DNA of 64,000 bases from a bacterium. Lineage in GTDB: Bacteria > UBA8248 > JACPRG01 > G963555815. Both the position numbers and the translations under genes were made by a program. The notes under the pieces were generated by a model that saw only the letters and a list, made by a program, of their open reading frames with translations, was not told where the DNA came from and made no database searches. Positions 50,710 to 61,855 of the stretch are shown here, piece after piece. Numbering within the stretch: the stretch's first letter is position 1; every line of letters starts with the position of its first letter. The DNA lies in NCBI GenBank assembly GCA_965218795.1, contig OZ244653.1, positions 2,560,001 through 2,624,000 on the forward strand. Reading direction: 5' to 3'.

Positions 50710-53652
50710 ATGGTCGACACGCGCCTGATCGAACGCTGGCTACCCATCGCGGCTCTTGGCATCGAAAGCACGCGTGAACGGACGCCGATGACACCGTTCC
50801 CGGCCCCGAACCGCCTCCACGTCTGGTGGGCGCGCCGGCCGCTAGTGGCTTCTCGGGCGGCTATTCTGGCTTCCCTGCTGCCGGCCCATGCCGATCGCGA
50901 GAAGTTCCTGCATGTGCTGGGGATTCATGGGGACCCCGTGGCGGCGCGCAAAGCAATTGACCGAGCGCGAAGGACTGGGGTCCGTGTGGATAACCCTTAC
51001 GATTACAACCGCGCCTTCGGTTACTCTCCAAGCCAGGATGATTTGGAATGGCTTGAGTCAGCGCTTGGCAACCCACTAGACGATTTAACGGTTTTCGATC
51101 CGACCGCCGGCGGCGGAAGTATACCATTTGAAGCTGCCCGGACCGGCCTGTCAGCAATAGCGAATGACCTCAACCCTGTAGCCGCCTTAATATTGAGAGC
51201 CACAGTGGAATGGCCACCGTGTTACCCCCAAGAAGCCAAGAATGAATTCGAATTCTTGGCCGACAAGTGGCGTCACCAGCTCGAAAACCATCTAGCAGTA
51301 TTTTTTCCGCAGAAAGACATGCCAGATCGAATGGACCTGACCTACCTCTGGGCCCGCACCATCACCTGCCCCTATTGCGACGGCCTTGTGCCGCTATCGC
51401 CGAACTGGCGTCTTGCGCCTGACGGAACCGGCGTGCGGCTCAAGCCGCACCTTGCTTCCGGCCCAGGGGCCCAGGGCCGCGTCTGCTCGTTCGAGATCGT
51501 CAAGTCCGCCAAAGAACAGTCGTCCGGCACGGTGTCGCGCGGCGACGGCACCTGCCCCTATACCGATTGCGGTCGTGTGATAGACGGCGACGAAATCAAG
51601 CGTCAGGCCCAGGCTGGTCAAATGGGCGAGCAACTCTTTGCGGTCGTCTACAAGGAGCGCGTCGTAAAGACCTTGAAATCCGGAAAGCGGGGCAAAGACA
51701 AATGGATACGCGGCTACCGCGCGCCGCGGCGCGAGGACGACAACAGCGCCGAAATTCAGGCGAGGCTTGCCGAGAAGCTGCCCGAGTGGGAAGCGTTGGA
51801 CATCGTGCCGAGCGAGCGAATTCCCGACGGCAACAAAACCACGGAGCCACAACGCTACGGGATGAACATCTGGCGCGACCTGTTTTCGCCGCGCCAACTT
51901 CTTGGCCATGGCACGAGCGTCGAGGTCTTCCGCGAAATGCTCGACGCCGACCGGGCGGACGGCAAGCTGACCGAGGTTCGCCAGGCGGCGTATGGGTACT
52001 TGGCTCTGACGCTCGATACCTTATTGAACTACAACAATCGAGCTGGACGTTGGGACAATACGACAGGTCGAGTCCGCTCCATCTTTGACCGGCACGATTT
52101 CGCATTCGTATGGTCCTACGCGGAGATGGCGCCTCTCGTGTCAGGCGTAGGCTATGACTGGGCCATTGAAAAGACCACCAAATGCATCGACGAGCTCGTC
52201 GCGCTGATTCGCCCCGAAGCGAATGGCGACGGCGATCTGTTCAACGGCGCCGACGTGGCGGAAGACACCCCGCCGCCGATTACCATCACCTGCAAACCGG
52301 GCGACAGCCTCGACCATATCGAGGACGGCAGCATCGACGCGGTGGTCATGGACCCGCCCTATTACGACAACGTCATGTATGCCGAGTTGTCGGACTTCTT
52401 CTATGTCTGGCTCAAGCGTACCGCCGGCCATGTCTTCCCTGACCTGTTCCGACGCCACCTGACCGACAAGGACAACGAGGCCGTCGCCAATCCGGCGAGG
52501 TTCCAAGGCCAGAAGGGCGCGAGTGCGCTTGCGGGACGGGACTACCAGGACCGAATGGCGTCCATCTTCGCCGAATGCCGCCGAACCCTGAAGCCCGAGG
52601 GCGTGATGACCCTGATGTTCACGCACAAGGCGACCGGAGCTTGGGACGCCCTCACCAAGGGGCTGATGGAGGCGGGTTTCGCTATCACTGCGTCCTGGCC
52701 GATCAACACCGAGGCCGAAGGCAGCCTGCACATCAGGAACAAGGCGGCGGCCAACAGCACCATCTTTCTGGTCTGCCGCCCGCGCATCGGCGATATGGAG
52801 GCCGAACAGGATCTCTATTGGGAGGACGTGGAACCGCGGGTCGCCCAGGCGGTGCGGACGCGGGTCAAGGAATTCCAGGACGCAGGCATTGCCGGGGTCG
52901 ATCTGTATCTCGCCTCCTTCGGCCCCGCGCTTGAGGAATTCTCGCGCCACTGGCCATTGAAACGTGGCACGCCGCGCGAGGTTCCGGAGGAACGCCGCCG
53001 CCGGAGCCAGCATATCCTGTTTGAGGAGGAATGGGATCCCTACGCCACCACGCCGGAGGATGCGCTGGACGCGGCCCGGCGCGAGGTCAAACGCTGGCGT
53101 CTGGAGCAACTGACCCATTTGAAGGCGGATGCCGATCTCGATGCGGCCACCGCCTTCTTCGTGCTTGCCTGGGACGCCTTCAAGGCGCCGATGTTTTCAT
53201 ACGACGAAGCAAACAGGCTCGCCCGCGCCGTCGGTATCGATCTCGACAGCGACATCGTCGGCCGGATCGCGGAAAAGAAGGGCAGCGATATCCTTTTGTG
53301 GGACAGCGCGCGCCGCGCCGCCAAGGGGGCGCTGGGGCCGGCCGACGGCTCGCGCGGCATGATCGACGCCATCCATCATGCTGCCAACTTGGCCCGCGTG
53401 CGCTCCCTCGCCGCCGCTCAGAAAATGCTCGCCAACACGCGGGTGGACCAGGACCCGCGCTTCTTTGCGGCCCTTGAGGCCGTCCTTGAGGTTCTGCCGG
53501 TTTCCAAGGCCTTTACCGGCATTGAGCTCGAAGGCGATGCGGCGGCTTCGGGAAGCGACTTCGAGGCCCTCTACAACCTCGCTCGTCTCGCCTACGGCGA
53601 CGAGATCGACGAGCCGGAGCAGATCAGGCTCTGGCGGGACGATGATGCCTGA
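50710..53652 (+). CDS. DUF1156 family adenine DNA methyltransferase
   Basis: LHVWWARRPL, FDPTAGGGSIP, CPYC/CPYTDC Zn motif, MDPPYYDN. Confidence 0.92.
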   Translation: MVDTRLIERWLPIAALGIESTRERTPMTPFPAPNRLHVWWARRPLVASRAAILASLLPAHADREKFLHVLGIHGDPVAARKAIDRARRTGVRVDNPYDYNRAFGYSPSQDDLEWLESALGNPLDDLTVFDPTAGGGSIPFEAARTGLSAIANDLNPVAALILRATVEWPPCYPQEAKNEFEFLADKWRHQLENHLAVFFPQKDMPDRMDLTYLWARTITCPYCDGLVPLSPNWRLAPDGTGVRLKPHLASGPGAQGRVCSFEIVKSAKEQSSGTVSRGDGTCPYTDCGRVIDGDEIKRQAQAGQMGEQLFAVVYKERVVKTLKSGKRGKDKWIRGYRAPRREDDNSAEIQARLAEKLPEWEALDIVPSERIPDGNKTTEPQRYGMNIWRDLFSPRQLLGHGTSVEVFREMLDADRADGKLTEVRQAAYGYLALTLDTLLNYNNRAGRWDNTTGRVRSIFDRHDFAFVWSYAEMAPLVSGVGYDWAIEKTTKCIDELVALIRPEANGDGDLFNGADVAEDTPPPITITCKPGDSLDHIEDGSIDAVVMDPPYYDNVMYAELSDFFYVWLKRTAGHVFPDLFRRHLTDKDNEAVANPARFQGQKGASALAGRDYQDRMASIFAECRRTLKPEGVMTLMFTHKATGAWDALTKGLMEAGFAITASWPINTEAEGSLHIRNKAAANSTIFLVCRPRIGDMEAEQDLYWEDVEPRVAQAVRTRVKEFQDAGIAGVDLYLASFGPALEEFSRHWPLKRGTPREVPEERRRRSQHILFEEEWDPYATTPEDALDAARREVKRWRLEQLTHLKADADLDAATAFFVLAWDAFKAPMFSYDEANRLARAVGIDLDSDIVGRIAEKKGSDILLWDSARRAAKGALGPADGSRGMIDAIHHAANLARVRSLAAAQKMLANTRVDQDPRFFAALEAVLEVLPVSKAFTGIELEGDAAASGSDFEALYNLARLAYGDEIDEPEQIRLWRDDDA

Positions 53653-53654
53653 CC

Positions 53655-56600
53655 ATGCTCGCGGGCCGCACATGGAACCTCAAATACACGCCCGATGACG
53701 GCGATCTCGTCAAGCTGTTCTACATCCCCGCGCTGGAGGACGCCGAGCGCTACGACCGGCTGACCGGATACTTCAACGCCCGCGCCCTGACGCTGGCGTC
53801 GCGCGGCATCGAGGGGCTTGTCCGCAACGGCGGCCGTATGCGGCTCGTCGCCGGTTGCACCCTGGAGCCGCCCGAGATCGAAGCGATCGAGAAAGGCGGG
53901 CAGCTTCGTGATGTCGTCGAACGACAATTGACAAGCCTTCCCCTGGCCCCACCGGATCCAGTCTCTTCCGACGCGCTGGCACTGTTGGCCTGGATGGTCG
54001 CGCGCGGCTTTCTCGATGTGAAGGTCGCCGTTCCCTGCGACGCCGAGGGCAAGCCGATCCCGGCGGATGGCATCTTTCACGAGAAGGCCGGCATCATCGA
54101 GGACCGTGGCGGCGACAAGATAGCCTGGACCGGCAGCCTCAACGAAACCGCCGCCGGCTGGCGGCACAACTGGGAGAGCATCAGCGTTTACACGAGCTGG
54201 GGTCCGGAACCCAAGCGGGTCGAGGATGAAGAGGCCAACTTCGCCCGGATCTGGGCCAACAGGGCGCAGCGCGTGATCGTGCTCGACGTGCCCGACGCCG
54301 CACGCCGGGACCTGATGCGGTTCATGCCGGCGAGCGATAAGCCCGCCCGCCTCAAGGACGAGGTTGAGAAGAAACCCGCCAAGCCTTCACCGGAGAAGCC
54401 CGAGGCGACGGAACCCGCGAAGCCGGTCACGCTCGAACCTGGCGATCTCAGAAGCCGCGTCTGGTCTTTCATCCAGCATGCGCCCACATTGCCGGACAGG
54501 GGCGATCGCGTGGGAGAAATGACCTCGGCGGTCACGCCCTGGCCGCATCAGGTGAAGGCTTTTGAACGCCTCTACAGCGATTGGCCGCCCAGGCTTCTGA
54601 TTGCCGACGAGGTCGGCCTCGGCAAGACCATCCAGGCGGGCATGCTGCTGCGCCAGGCTTGGCTTGCCGGGCGCGTCAAACGGATCCTGATCCTCGCGCC
54701 CAAGGCCGTCCTCGGGCAGTGGCAGATCGAACTGCGCGAGAAGTTCAACCTCAATTGGCCGATCTACGATGGCCGCAAACTGATCCGGTATCCTTCCCCG
54801 GCGTGGCATGGACGGAACGAGCGCGATGTGGACCCCGATCACTGGCATCGCGAACCCGTGGTGATCGCGTCGAGTCACCTGATGCGCCGGAGCGACCGCG
54901 CGGAAGCCCTTCTGAATAAAGCCGAACCGTGGGACCTAGTGGTGCTCGACGAAGCCCACCATGCCCGGCGGCGCGCCGCTGGAAGCCAGCAGGAGGGCGG
55001 GCCGAACGCCCTTCTCAGGCTGATGCAGGGATTGAAGGACCGCGCCCGGGGACTGGTATTTCTGACCGCGACGCCGATGCAGGTACATCCCATCGAGGTC
55101 TGGGACCTGTTGAACCTGCTCGGCCTGCCGCCGGAGTGGACCGCCAAGGCGTTTCTCGACTTTTTCGACGACATCGAGCAGCCGAACCCCTCACCGGAGG
55201 CGTTGGATCGCCTAGCTTGGCTGTTTCAGTCGGTCGAACGCGCCTACGGCGAGGTCGAGACGGAGGACGCGCAACGTCTCACCGTTCTGTCGAGCCTGAA
55301 GGTCAACAAGATTCTCCGTGCGCTGCGCAACAGCGCCAGCATCCCGCGCCGGCAGTTGGAAACGGCTGAGCGCCGGGCGGCGATCGAGATCATGCGGGCG
55401 CACACGCCGATTCGCCGGTTGGTCTCACGGCACACCCGCGAGCTGCTGCGCCGCTACTTCAGGGAGGGACTCTTAACCACGCCGATCGCCGACCGGCGGG
55501 TCGAGGATCGCTTTCTGGAGATGACGGTCGAAGAGCGGGCGCTCTATGACGCGGTCGAGGATTACATCGCCAGCACCTACAACCAGGCCAGCGCCAAGGA
55601 GCGCACGGCGGTGGGCTTCGTCATGACCATCTACCGCCGCCGTCTCGCCAGCAGTTTTGGCGCGTTACGAAATACGCTTCAGCGCCATCTCGACGCCATG
55701 GCCGACGGCAACCAGACGCAATCGATGGGTCTGGACGAAGACGCGCCGGACGATGAAACCACGGACGAAATCCTGGATGCCGATGAGATGGAAGAGCTGG
55801 AGCGCGAGGCCCTCGCCGCGGAGGAGGAGGCCGATATCCGAAGCCTTCTTGACCGTATCGGCCAACTGCCGCCGGACAGCAAGCTCGAAAGCCTGAAGAG
55901 CATCCTTCATGAGTTGCGCCGGGACGGCTACGGCCAGGCGATGGTCTTCACTCAGTACACCGACACCATGGACTTTTTGCGTGAAGAGCTCTTGAAGGAC
56001 GCCGATTCGAAGTTGATGTGCTTCTCGGGACGCGGTGGAGAAATACCCGCCGCCGATGGCTCATGGCGCCGGATCCGCCGCGACGACGCCAAACGGCGGT
56101 TCCGCGACCGCGAGGCGGATGTCCTGTTGTGCACCGACGCCGCTGCCGAGGGCTTGAATTTCCAGTTCTGCGGCGCCCTGGTCAATTACGACATGCCATG
56201 GAACCCTATGCGGGTGGAACAGCGCATTGGGCGCATCGATCGCCTCGGCCAGCAGAACCAGATCATTCGAATCGTCAACCTGCACTACGAGGACACGGTC
56301 GAGACCGACGTTTACCGTGCGCTCAGGAACCGGATCGGCCTGTTCGAGTCCGTGGTCGGACGCCTCCAGCCAATTCTCGCGCAATTGCCGCGCGCCATAT
56401 CCATCGCGGTATTATCGGGCGGCGGGCGCGAAGACGCGGACCGCGCCCTGATCACGGATACGATCGTGCAACAGGCGCGCGAAGCCGAGGGACGGGGTTT
56501 CGATATCGATGCAGTGACAGAGGACGATCTCGCCATGCCCGACCGGCCGTTGTCACCGGTTACCATGGAAGACCTGGACCGGGTGGTCGGATCGCCCGAT

Positions 56601-56834
56601 CTCATGCCGCCGGGGACCGATATCCAGCCCATGGGACATCGGGAGTACGGCCTGTTGGCTCCAGGTATGACCGAGCGCCTGCGGGTGACCACCGATCCGG
56701 AATATTTCGAGGAACATGCCGAAAGCGTGGAACTGTGGTCGCCGGGCAATGCGCTGTTTATCCCGCCGGAGTTCACAGCACCGACGGACGAACCGTCAGC
56801 CGATAAGACGTTGAAGGGTATCCTGGACGGCTGA
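53655..56834 (+). CDS. PLD-like nuclease fused to SNF2 helicase
   Basis: HEKAGII...GSLNET, ADEVGLGKT, DEAH, LTATP, EGLNFQ, WNPMRVEQRIGRIDR. Confidence 0.92.
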   Translation: MLAGRTWNLKYTPDDGDLVKLFYIPALEDAERYDRLTGYFNARALTLASRGIEGLVRNGGRMRLVAGCTLEPPEIEAIEKGGQLRDVVERQLTSLPLAPPDPVSSDALALLAWMVARGFLDVKVAVPCDAEGKPIPADGIFHEKAGIIEDRGGDKIAWTGSLNETAAGWRHNWESISVYTSWGPEPKRVEDEEANFARIWANRAQRVIVLDVPDAARRDLMRFMPASDKPARLKDEVEKKPAKPSPEKPEATEPAKPVTLEPGDLRSRVWSFIQHAPTLPDRGDRVGEMTSAVTPWPHQVKAFERLYSDWPPRLLIADEVGLGKTIQAGMLLRQAWLAGRVKRILILAPKAVLGQWQIELREKFNLNWPIYDGRKLIRYPSPAWHGRNERDVDPDHWHREPVVIASSHLMRRSDRAEALLNKAEPWDLVVLDEAHHARRRAAGSQQEGGPNALLRLMQGLKDRARGLVFLTATPMQVHPIEVWDLLNLLGLPPEWTAKAFLDFFDDIEQPNPSPEALDRLAWLFQSVERAYGEVETEDAQRLTVLSSLKVNKILRALRNSASIPRRQLETAERRAAIEIMRAHTPIRRLVSRHTRELLRRYFREGLLTTPIADRRVEDRFLEMTVEERALYDAVEDYIASTYNQASAKERTAVGFVMTIYRRRLASSFGALRNTLQRHLDAMADGNQTQSMGLDEDAPDDETTDEILDADEMEELEREALAAEEEADIRSLLDRIGQLPPDSKLESLKSILHELRRDGYGQAMVFTQYTDTMDFLREELLKDADSKLMCFSGRGGEIPAADGSWRRIRRDDAKRRFRDREADVLLCTDAAAEGLNFQFCGALVNYDMPWNPMRVEQRIGRIDRLGQQNQIIRIVNLHYEDTVETDVYRALRNRIGLFESVVGRLQPILAQLPRAISIAVLSGGGREDADRALITDTIVQQAREAEGRGFDIDAVTEDDLAMPDRPLSPVTMEDLDRVVGSPDLMPPGTDIQPMGHREYGLLAPGMTERLRVTTDPEYFEEHAESVELWSPGNALFIPPEFTAPTDEPSADKTLKGILDG

Positions 56835-56861
56835 TGCACCGGCCGAGTGTCGCTGGCGCGA

Positions 56862-59800
56862 TTATTCGAGATGATCCGACATGTGATCTGCGTTCAACAC
56901 TTTCCCGTTCTGGCGCGCGATAACGGGGCGTTTCGCATGCCGAACCTCGGGAAGCGGATCGTTCTCGGCACTTTCTACCCAGCGAGCAACGGCCGGATCG
57001 GCGTCGAAGCCATATCCAGCCATGGCCAAGGCCAAATGGGCGCAAGCCCAACGTAGCAACGGCACGTCGACGTCCGGATCATGGCTCCCATCGTATCGTA
57101 GCTCTTGTGCGAGATAGCCGAGCCCCTGCGATGCCAAGTCTCCGATGGCGTCTTTTTGCTCCGGACCGCCGTCTGAGAACACCCATCTGGCGATTTCAAG
57201 GGCTTGTCCAAGAGCTGCTTTCCGCCGCATGGCGATTATGATGCCGATTTCGCGAACCAGATCGACGGGCGGAGGCCGCAATTCGACCGCGGAATCGGGC
57301 ACACTCCGCAACCAGAACCACAATCCCCGCGCCGCATCTCCAGCCAAGCGGTCATCGTCGGACGCCAAGCCCATCCTCATCGACAGTACGATGTCGTCGA
57401 AGCGCCGCGGCAAGGCGTTGATCAGGCCAGCGGTAAGGCCCAGCCCTGCTATGTCGGATCTATTCAGCTTCTGGACTTTTTCGTACAGCCTTTCGCCGGC
57501 CGATTCCGAAATCCGGACTTCCAGGAGAACAGATTGCAGGCCGACAATGGCTTGCCGGGTCCTCCTATCTTCCTCTCCGAGGTAAATTGGTTGCGATATG
57601 CCCTGGTGTTCGAGTGAACGCGGTACCGGTGTTTCCGCCCACCGGGCGACTATATCTGCAAGATGGTCCCGCTCTGCTTCCGAGAATGTCAGAGGCCTCC
57701 GGTAAATTCTCAGGTTGGCTATGGCGGACCCGATATGCCAAAGAACATCGTCAAGAGGCGGTGTCTCTGCTTCAGCTGGGACTTCCACATTAAGCCACTT
57801 CTTGCGGAACCGTCGTTCAGCAATGCCCGGCTCTGGCTCAGGCGATAGTAGAAATGCCCAGTCATAGAGAGGCGTACCGCCGGGTAACCCGTTGTGATCG
57901 GCATAATCCTCGCCCCAAAGAGCTTGGGCGACCTCCGATTTTTCGGCATCGGTCAGCAGATTCTGAGCGGCCACCCAGGATATCCTGACCGACGCCTGCT
58001 TACGCGCTTCGTCGCCCGCACGTAAAGCGCGCACCAAAAAACTGACGATCTCTTGCCAGCGGTTTTCGTTGTCGGGTGTTCGGGGCGGCGGAAGGAGGTC
58101 GTTCGGCAGCAGGTGCCCGGGATCCGGGTATCGAGTAGTGAATAACGTGAACCCCTCCATTCCGGCGATCGGCGCGCTCAGAATGTCGAGGACGCGGCCG
58201 CTCTGTTGCTTCTCGGGTAAAGCCTCCCAGGACCGAGTCAGGATGTTCCGGACGGGGTTCGCCAGCCAGTCATCCCAGGTAAGTTTTCTATTTCCATACC
58301 AACGGAGAGCCTTGCTGAAGATGGATTCCGCCATTCCAGGCTCAAGGCGAACAACGAACCGCGACAGCGCCTCTATGGCCACGCGCAACCGCTCTGTCCA
58401 GAATACATTGCGCTGACCTGCGCCCGGGTCAGCGATTCGAGGCAATGCAACTTCAATCACGTCACCACAAATTTGTGCGAGATCCGTAACTGCATCGGCG
58501 TGCATGGCAGCTACGCGAGCGCGGGAGAGAATGAAATTTAGCCTGTCATCACCGTCGTAATTCGTAATACGAAGAACCAAACGCGCGGCCAGTTCGGGTT
58601 CATGCGGAGATAGCTTGTCCGCCGCCAGCCCCAAAATGTCCGAAGCCACAGCTACACCTCTGCTGGATGGAGGCAATCCCGCGATCTCCGCAAGACGGAC
58701 AACCCGTTGAGCGGCGATCCATTGGTTGTATTCGGTGTTCGAAAAGACAATACCGGGTTTCCGCACCACGCCGAGGTCGAAGGGTAGTAATTTCGTGTTT
58801 TTATCGCTACCTCTTATCGCTTCTGCATAGCGACGCTTTTCCATCAATGCGTTGCACTTCAACGGCGTCAGTTCCTCCCATCTACGCCAAAGTTCGGATG
58901 CATTGCCAAAGTCTTCCAGCTTCAATGCCGAGCATAGAGCCCAACTTTCGCGCGATGGGCCTACTACGCTCCGGTCGTCTCCCGGATTTTCCCGGATTGA
59001 CGCAAGCGCGGTCGCGATTAACTGCTCCGCGTCTTCATGCTGTCCCGTTTCGAAGAGAAGGGCGGATTTTCTCATCATCCAGACCGGATCGCAGTTTTCG
59101 GTATGCCAGTCCTCAAGCAAGCCCTCGACTTCCTTGTAATCGAGCGAATAGATCGCCCAGAGGCAGCGTTCGTGACGGATCCAATGGACAACGTCACGAT
59201 TGTCGTCCCGAAAAGGCGACAAGGAGTCGATCCGCCCGTCGAACGCATCGCGATCGAACCGCTGCCGCGCCGCCGTCACGAGTGCCAAAGCGATGATCAG
59301 CCATGCCTCGCGAACGATTGCCCAATTCGGCTTCGTAGTGGCCACGCCGCTAACCGTCCGGGTCTGGCAGTCGATCTCTTCCAAAACCGCCTGGGCAGCG
59401 GCTTCAAGCTCGGGAGAGATAGGCTCTAGCAGGATTTCCCGGCGCCAGACCAACTCGCGGATTGCGTTCAACCGATCCACCGGCTCAAGGTCCGGCAACA
59501 CACGCAGAATCAGAGGTTCCCATTTTTGAGTATTCCAACTCAGCATAAATCGCGCGTCACCGGGGACGGCCAGCCAACCCGGATACATCTTTCTGTTGTG
59601 ACTCCAGGTATCGAGGAGCTGTCGAATAGGCGCCAACAGGTCCGCCGATCCACCTTCGCTCGACGGTGCTTCCGGCTCGCCCTTGGGTTCGTTGGACATT
59701 ACCCTTTCAACAGGTTCAAGAAGTTCCGGATGTTGCGAACCTTGGGGCTTCGATGGAGACGGCCAGTTGGAAACGTCATACGGACGGCCATATTCAAGCG

Positions 59801-60671
59801 TGTGCAAGAGCCAGTCTGTCGAGTATCGATGACGAAGATGCTCCGGCCATTTTTCGGCCATGGGATGGCGGGAAAGGTCGATCGGGACGACGTTGCGGTC
59901 TTCGAGCATGCGGCGGCGGTGAGGAGAGAACTCCAGCCACCCCGCCAGATATATCTTCGGGGCCGAATGCCCCAAATTGTCGCGGACCCAACCCGATCAG
60001 TGCAGAAAATTAGGATCGTCGCCGGAGAAGCCGATCAGACAGAACACGGTTTCCATCATCGCCTGCTGGGCCGTGTTGACGAATGGAGCGAACTTGACCG
60101 GGTAGGTCCGGTAGTCCTCTTCCGTGAAAATAAGTGGAAAATGCGCGGGTACGGACCCATGCAGTTTGACGATGCGCGGTCTGGCGGCTAACGGAATTTC
60201 ATCCATGGTGCGCACGACGCTATAGGCGCGCTCGACCACGGAGGCATGTGTTCGCTCCAAAAGAGTATCCCAGTTGGTGGTGAATACATCGCGCCAGGGA
60301 AGACGCAGCAGCCGAGAATGCATGTCGCCGGGTTTGAAGTCATCGTCCCGGACCTGTTGCCCGATAAATCTGTGAAGATCGCCCCGCTTGAACGCGATGA
60401 CGTATTCCTGCGCCAGCCGGAGGAGACCGCTTGTTTCCGAAGTGGCAGCAATCGCGGATTGCCGGCGATCGTCATCGCCTTGTGGATACAGTTTGTCGCA
60501 CATCGCTTCGGCAAGGTCGCGCCATGTTGGTGGTTCGTGCGCATCTGGCCGGGTCTTGTCGGCGTTACTGCTGAAGCCGGCCCCTACCATGAGGGACGCA
60601 CCACCAGCCGACCGTTGCCAGAGAGCATCACGTACGTGATTGATGTGACTTTGATCAGGAAATGACATCAT
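56862..60671 (-). pseudogene. Defence-associated sirtuin (Dsr1-like SIR2 protein, about 1270 codons) with one in-frame TGA
   Basis: VGAGFS, TTNWD, IVKLHGS, GFSGDDPNFLH*SGWVRDNLG. The two ORFs are in the same frame across the TGA at 59997-59999. Confidence 0.85.
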
Positions 60672-60851
60672 CCGATACTCTCAATCCGACTTCGTAAATT
60701 TCAAATGCAATGCCATTGAACAACGATAACCGTTCTCCTGGCCAAATGCCTTAGGCGGTTATGGAAATCCGTCGGCGCGCTGGCCGCGGGGTTAACTCCC
60801 TCATCATAACCGGGCGTCCGAGAGACGCGGATGGTTGCTCACACCCGTCTG

Positions 60852-61740
60852 TGACCCGCTCCCACGAAGGCGCCCCCCTGAGTTAGTTCCGGGAGCATCT
60901 GAAGTCCACTGCAGGGGGGCAGACTCAGGGTCTGGGAACTAGGAAATCTGGCCTCTGGCGCAGGCGGCTGGTAGGCCAAGGCGCTGTGAGGCCCTCGCTG
61001 GTTGTACGCCCGCCTCCACCTCTCCACCAGCACCTGGGTTTCCTTCAGCGTCTCAAACACCTCCACGTTCAGGAGCTCATCCCTGAGCTTCCCATTGAAA
61101 CTCTCCACATATCCGTTCTCCCAAGGACTCCCGGCTCGATGGACAACGTCCTCACACCAACCGCCTTGAGCCAGTGCCTGACCACCCTGGCCGTGAACTC
61201 CGATCCGTAGCACATTGGGAAGGAAGCGCAGGTGGTGGCCATGACCGCCCGTTATCTGACCGGAGGTATCGGGGACTCCCCTGCCCACAAACAGCTCTGC
61301 CAACCGCTCCAGCACATCCTGGTGATTCATCCGTCTGGCCACATCAGTCCTCAGGCACTCCCGAGTGGACGCATCCAGGACAGTCAACAGCCCAAAGGCC
61401 CTTCCGTCTTCAGTCCGCTCATGCATCAAGTCGGAACTCCACACATGGTTCCGATGGGCCGGTCTCAGGCGAACACAGGACCCGTCATGGAGCCACAGTC
61501 TCCTTCGTTTCGGCTGTCTGGACGGAACCTTCAGCCCTTCCTGTAAAACCTTTCTACTTGCTTGGGGTTCACCTTCCACCCCTCCCAATGAAGCATGGCC
61601 GTGATTCTCCGGTAGCCGTACCGGCCGTACTCGCTGGCCAGATATACCATCCGGACCGCCAGTTGTGCCTTTACCTTGGAGATCTGTCGGACTCTTCGCT
61701 GGGTGGATCGAGCCTGTCCCAGTACGCGGCAAGCCCGAGG
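60852..61740 (-). mobile_element. IS3-family (IS407-like) remnant with degenerate orfB
   Basis: RNHVWS.D, TRECL, SPWENGYVESFNGKLRDELLN, PHSAL. Frameshifts. One end reads TGACCCGCTCCC at 60852, the other end is missing. Confidence 0.85.
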
Positions 61741-61855
61741 AAACTTCCTGGCCCGTCGAAGAGGAGAGGAACCGTGATATGGGTCAGAGAGTGATTAGAA
61801 CCCGAGGTTCTTCTCCGAACATACGCGACCTGTCCCGGTTCAGGTGGAAGTCCAA

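Noticed and set aside
59997-59999. Selenocysteine or genetic-code reassignment at the sirtuin TGA
   Set aside because: The position fits Trp, not Cys. No convincing SECIS, and TGA terminates many genes in the window.
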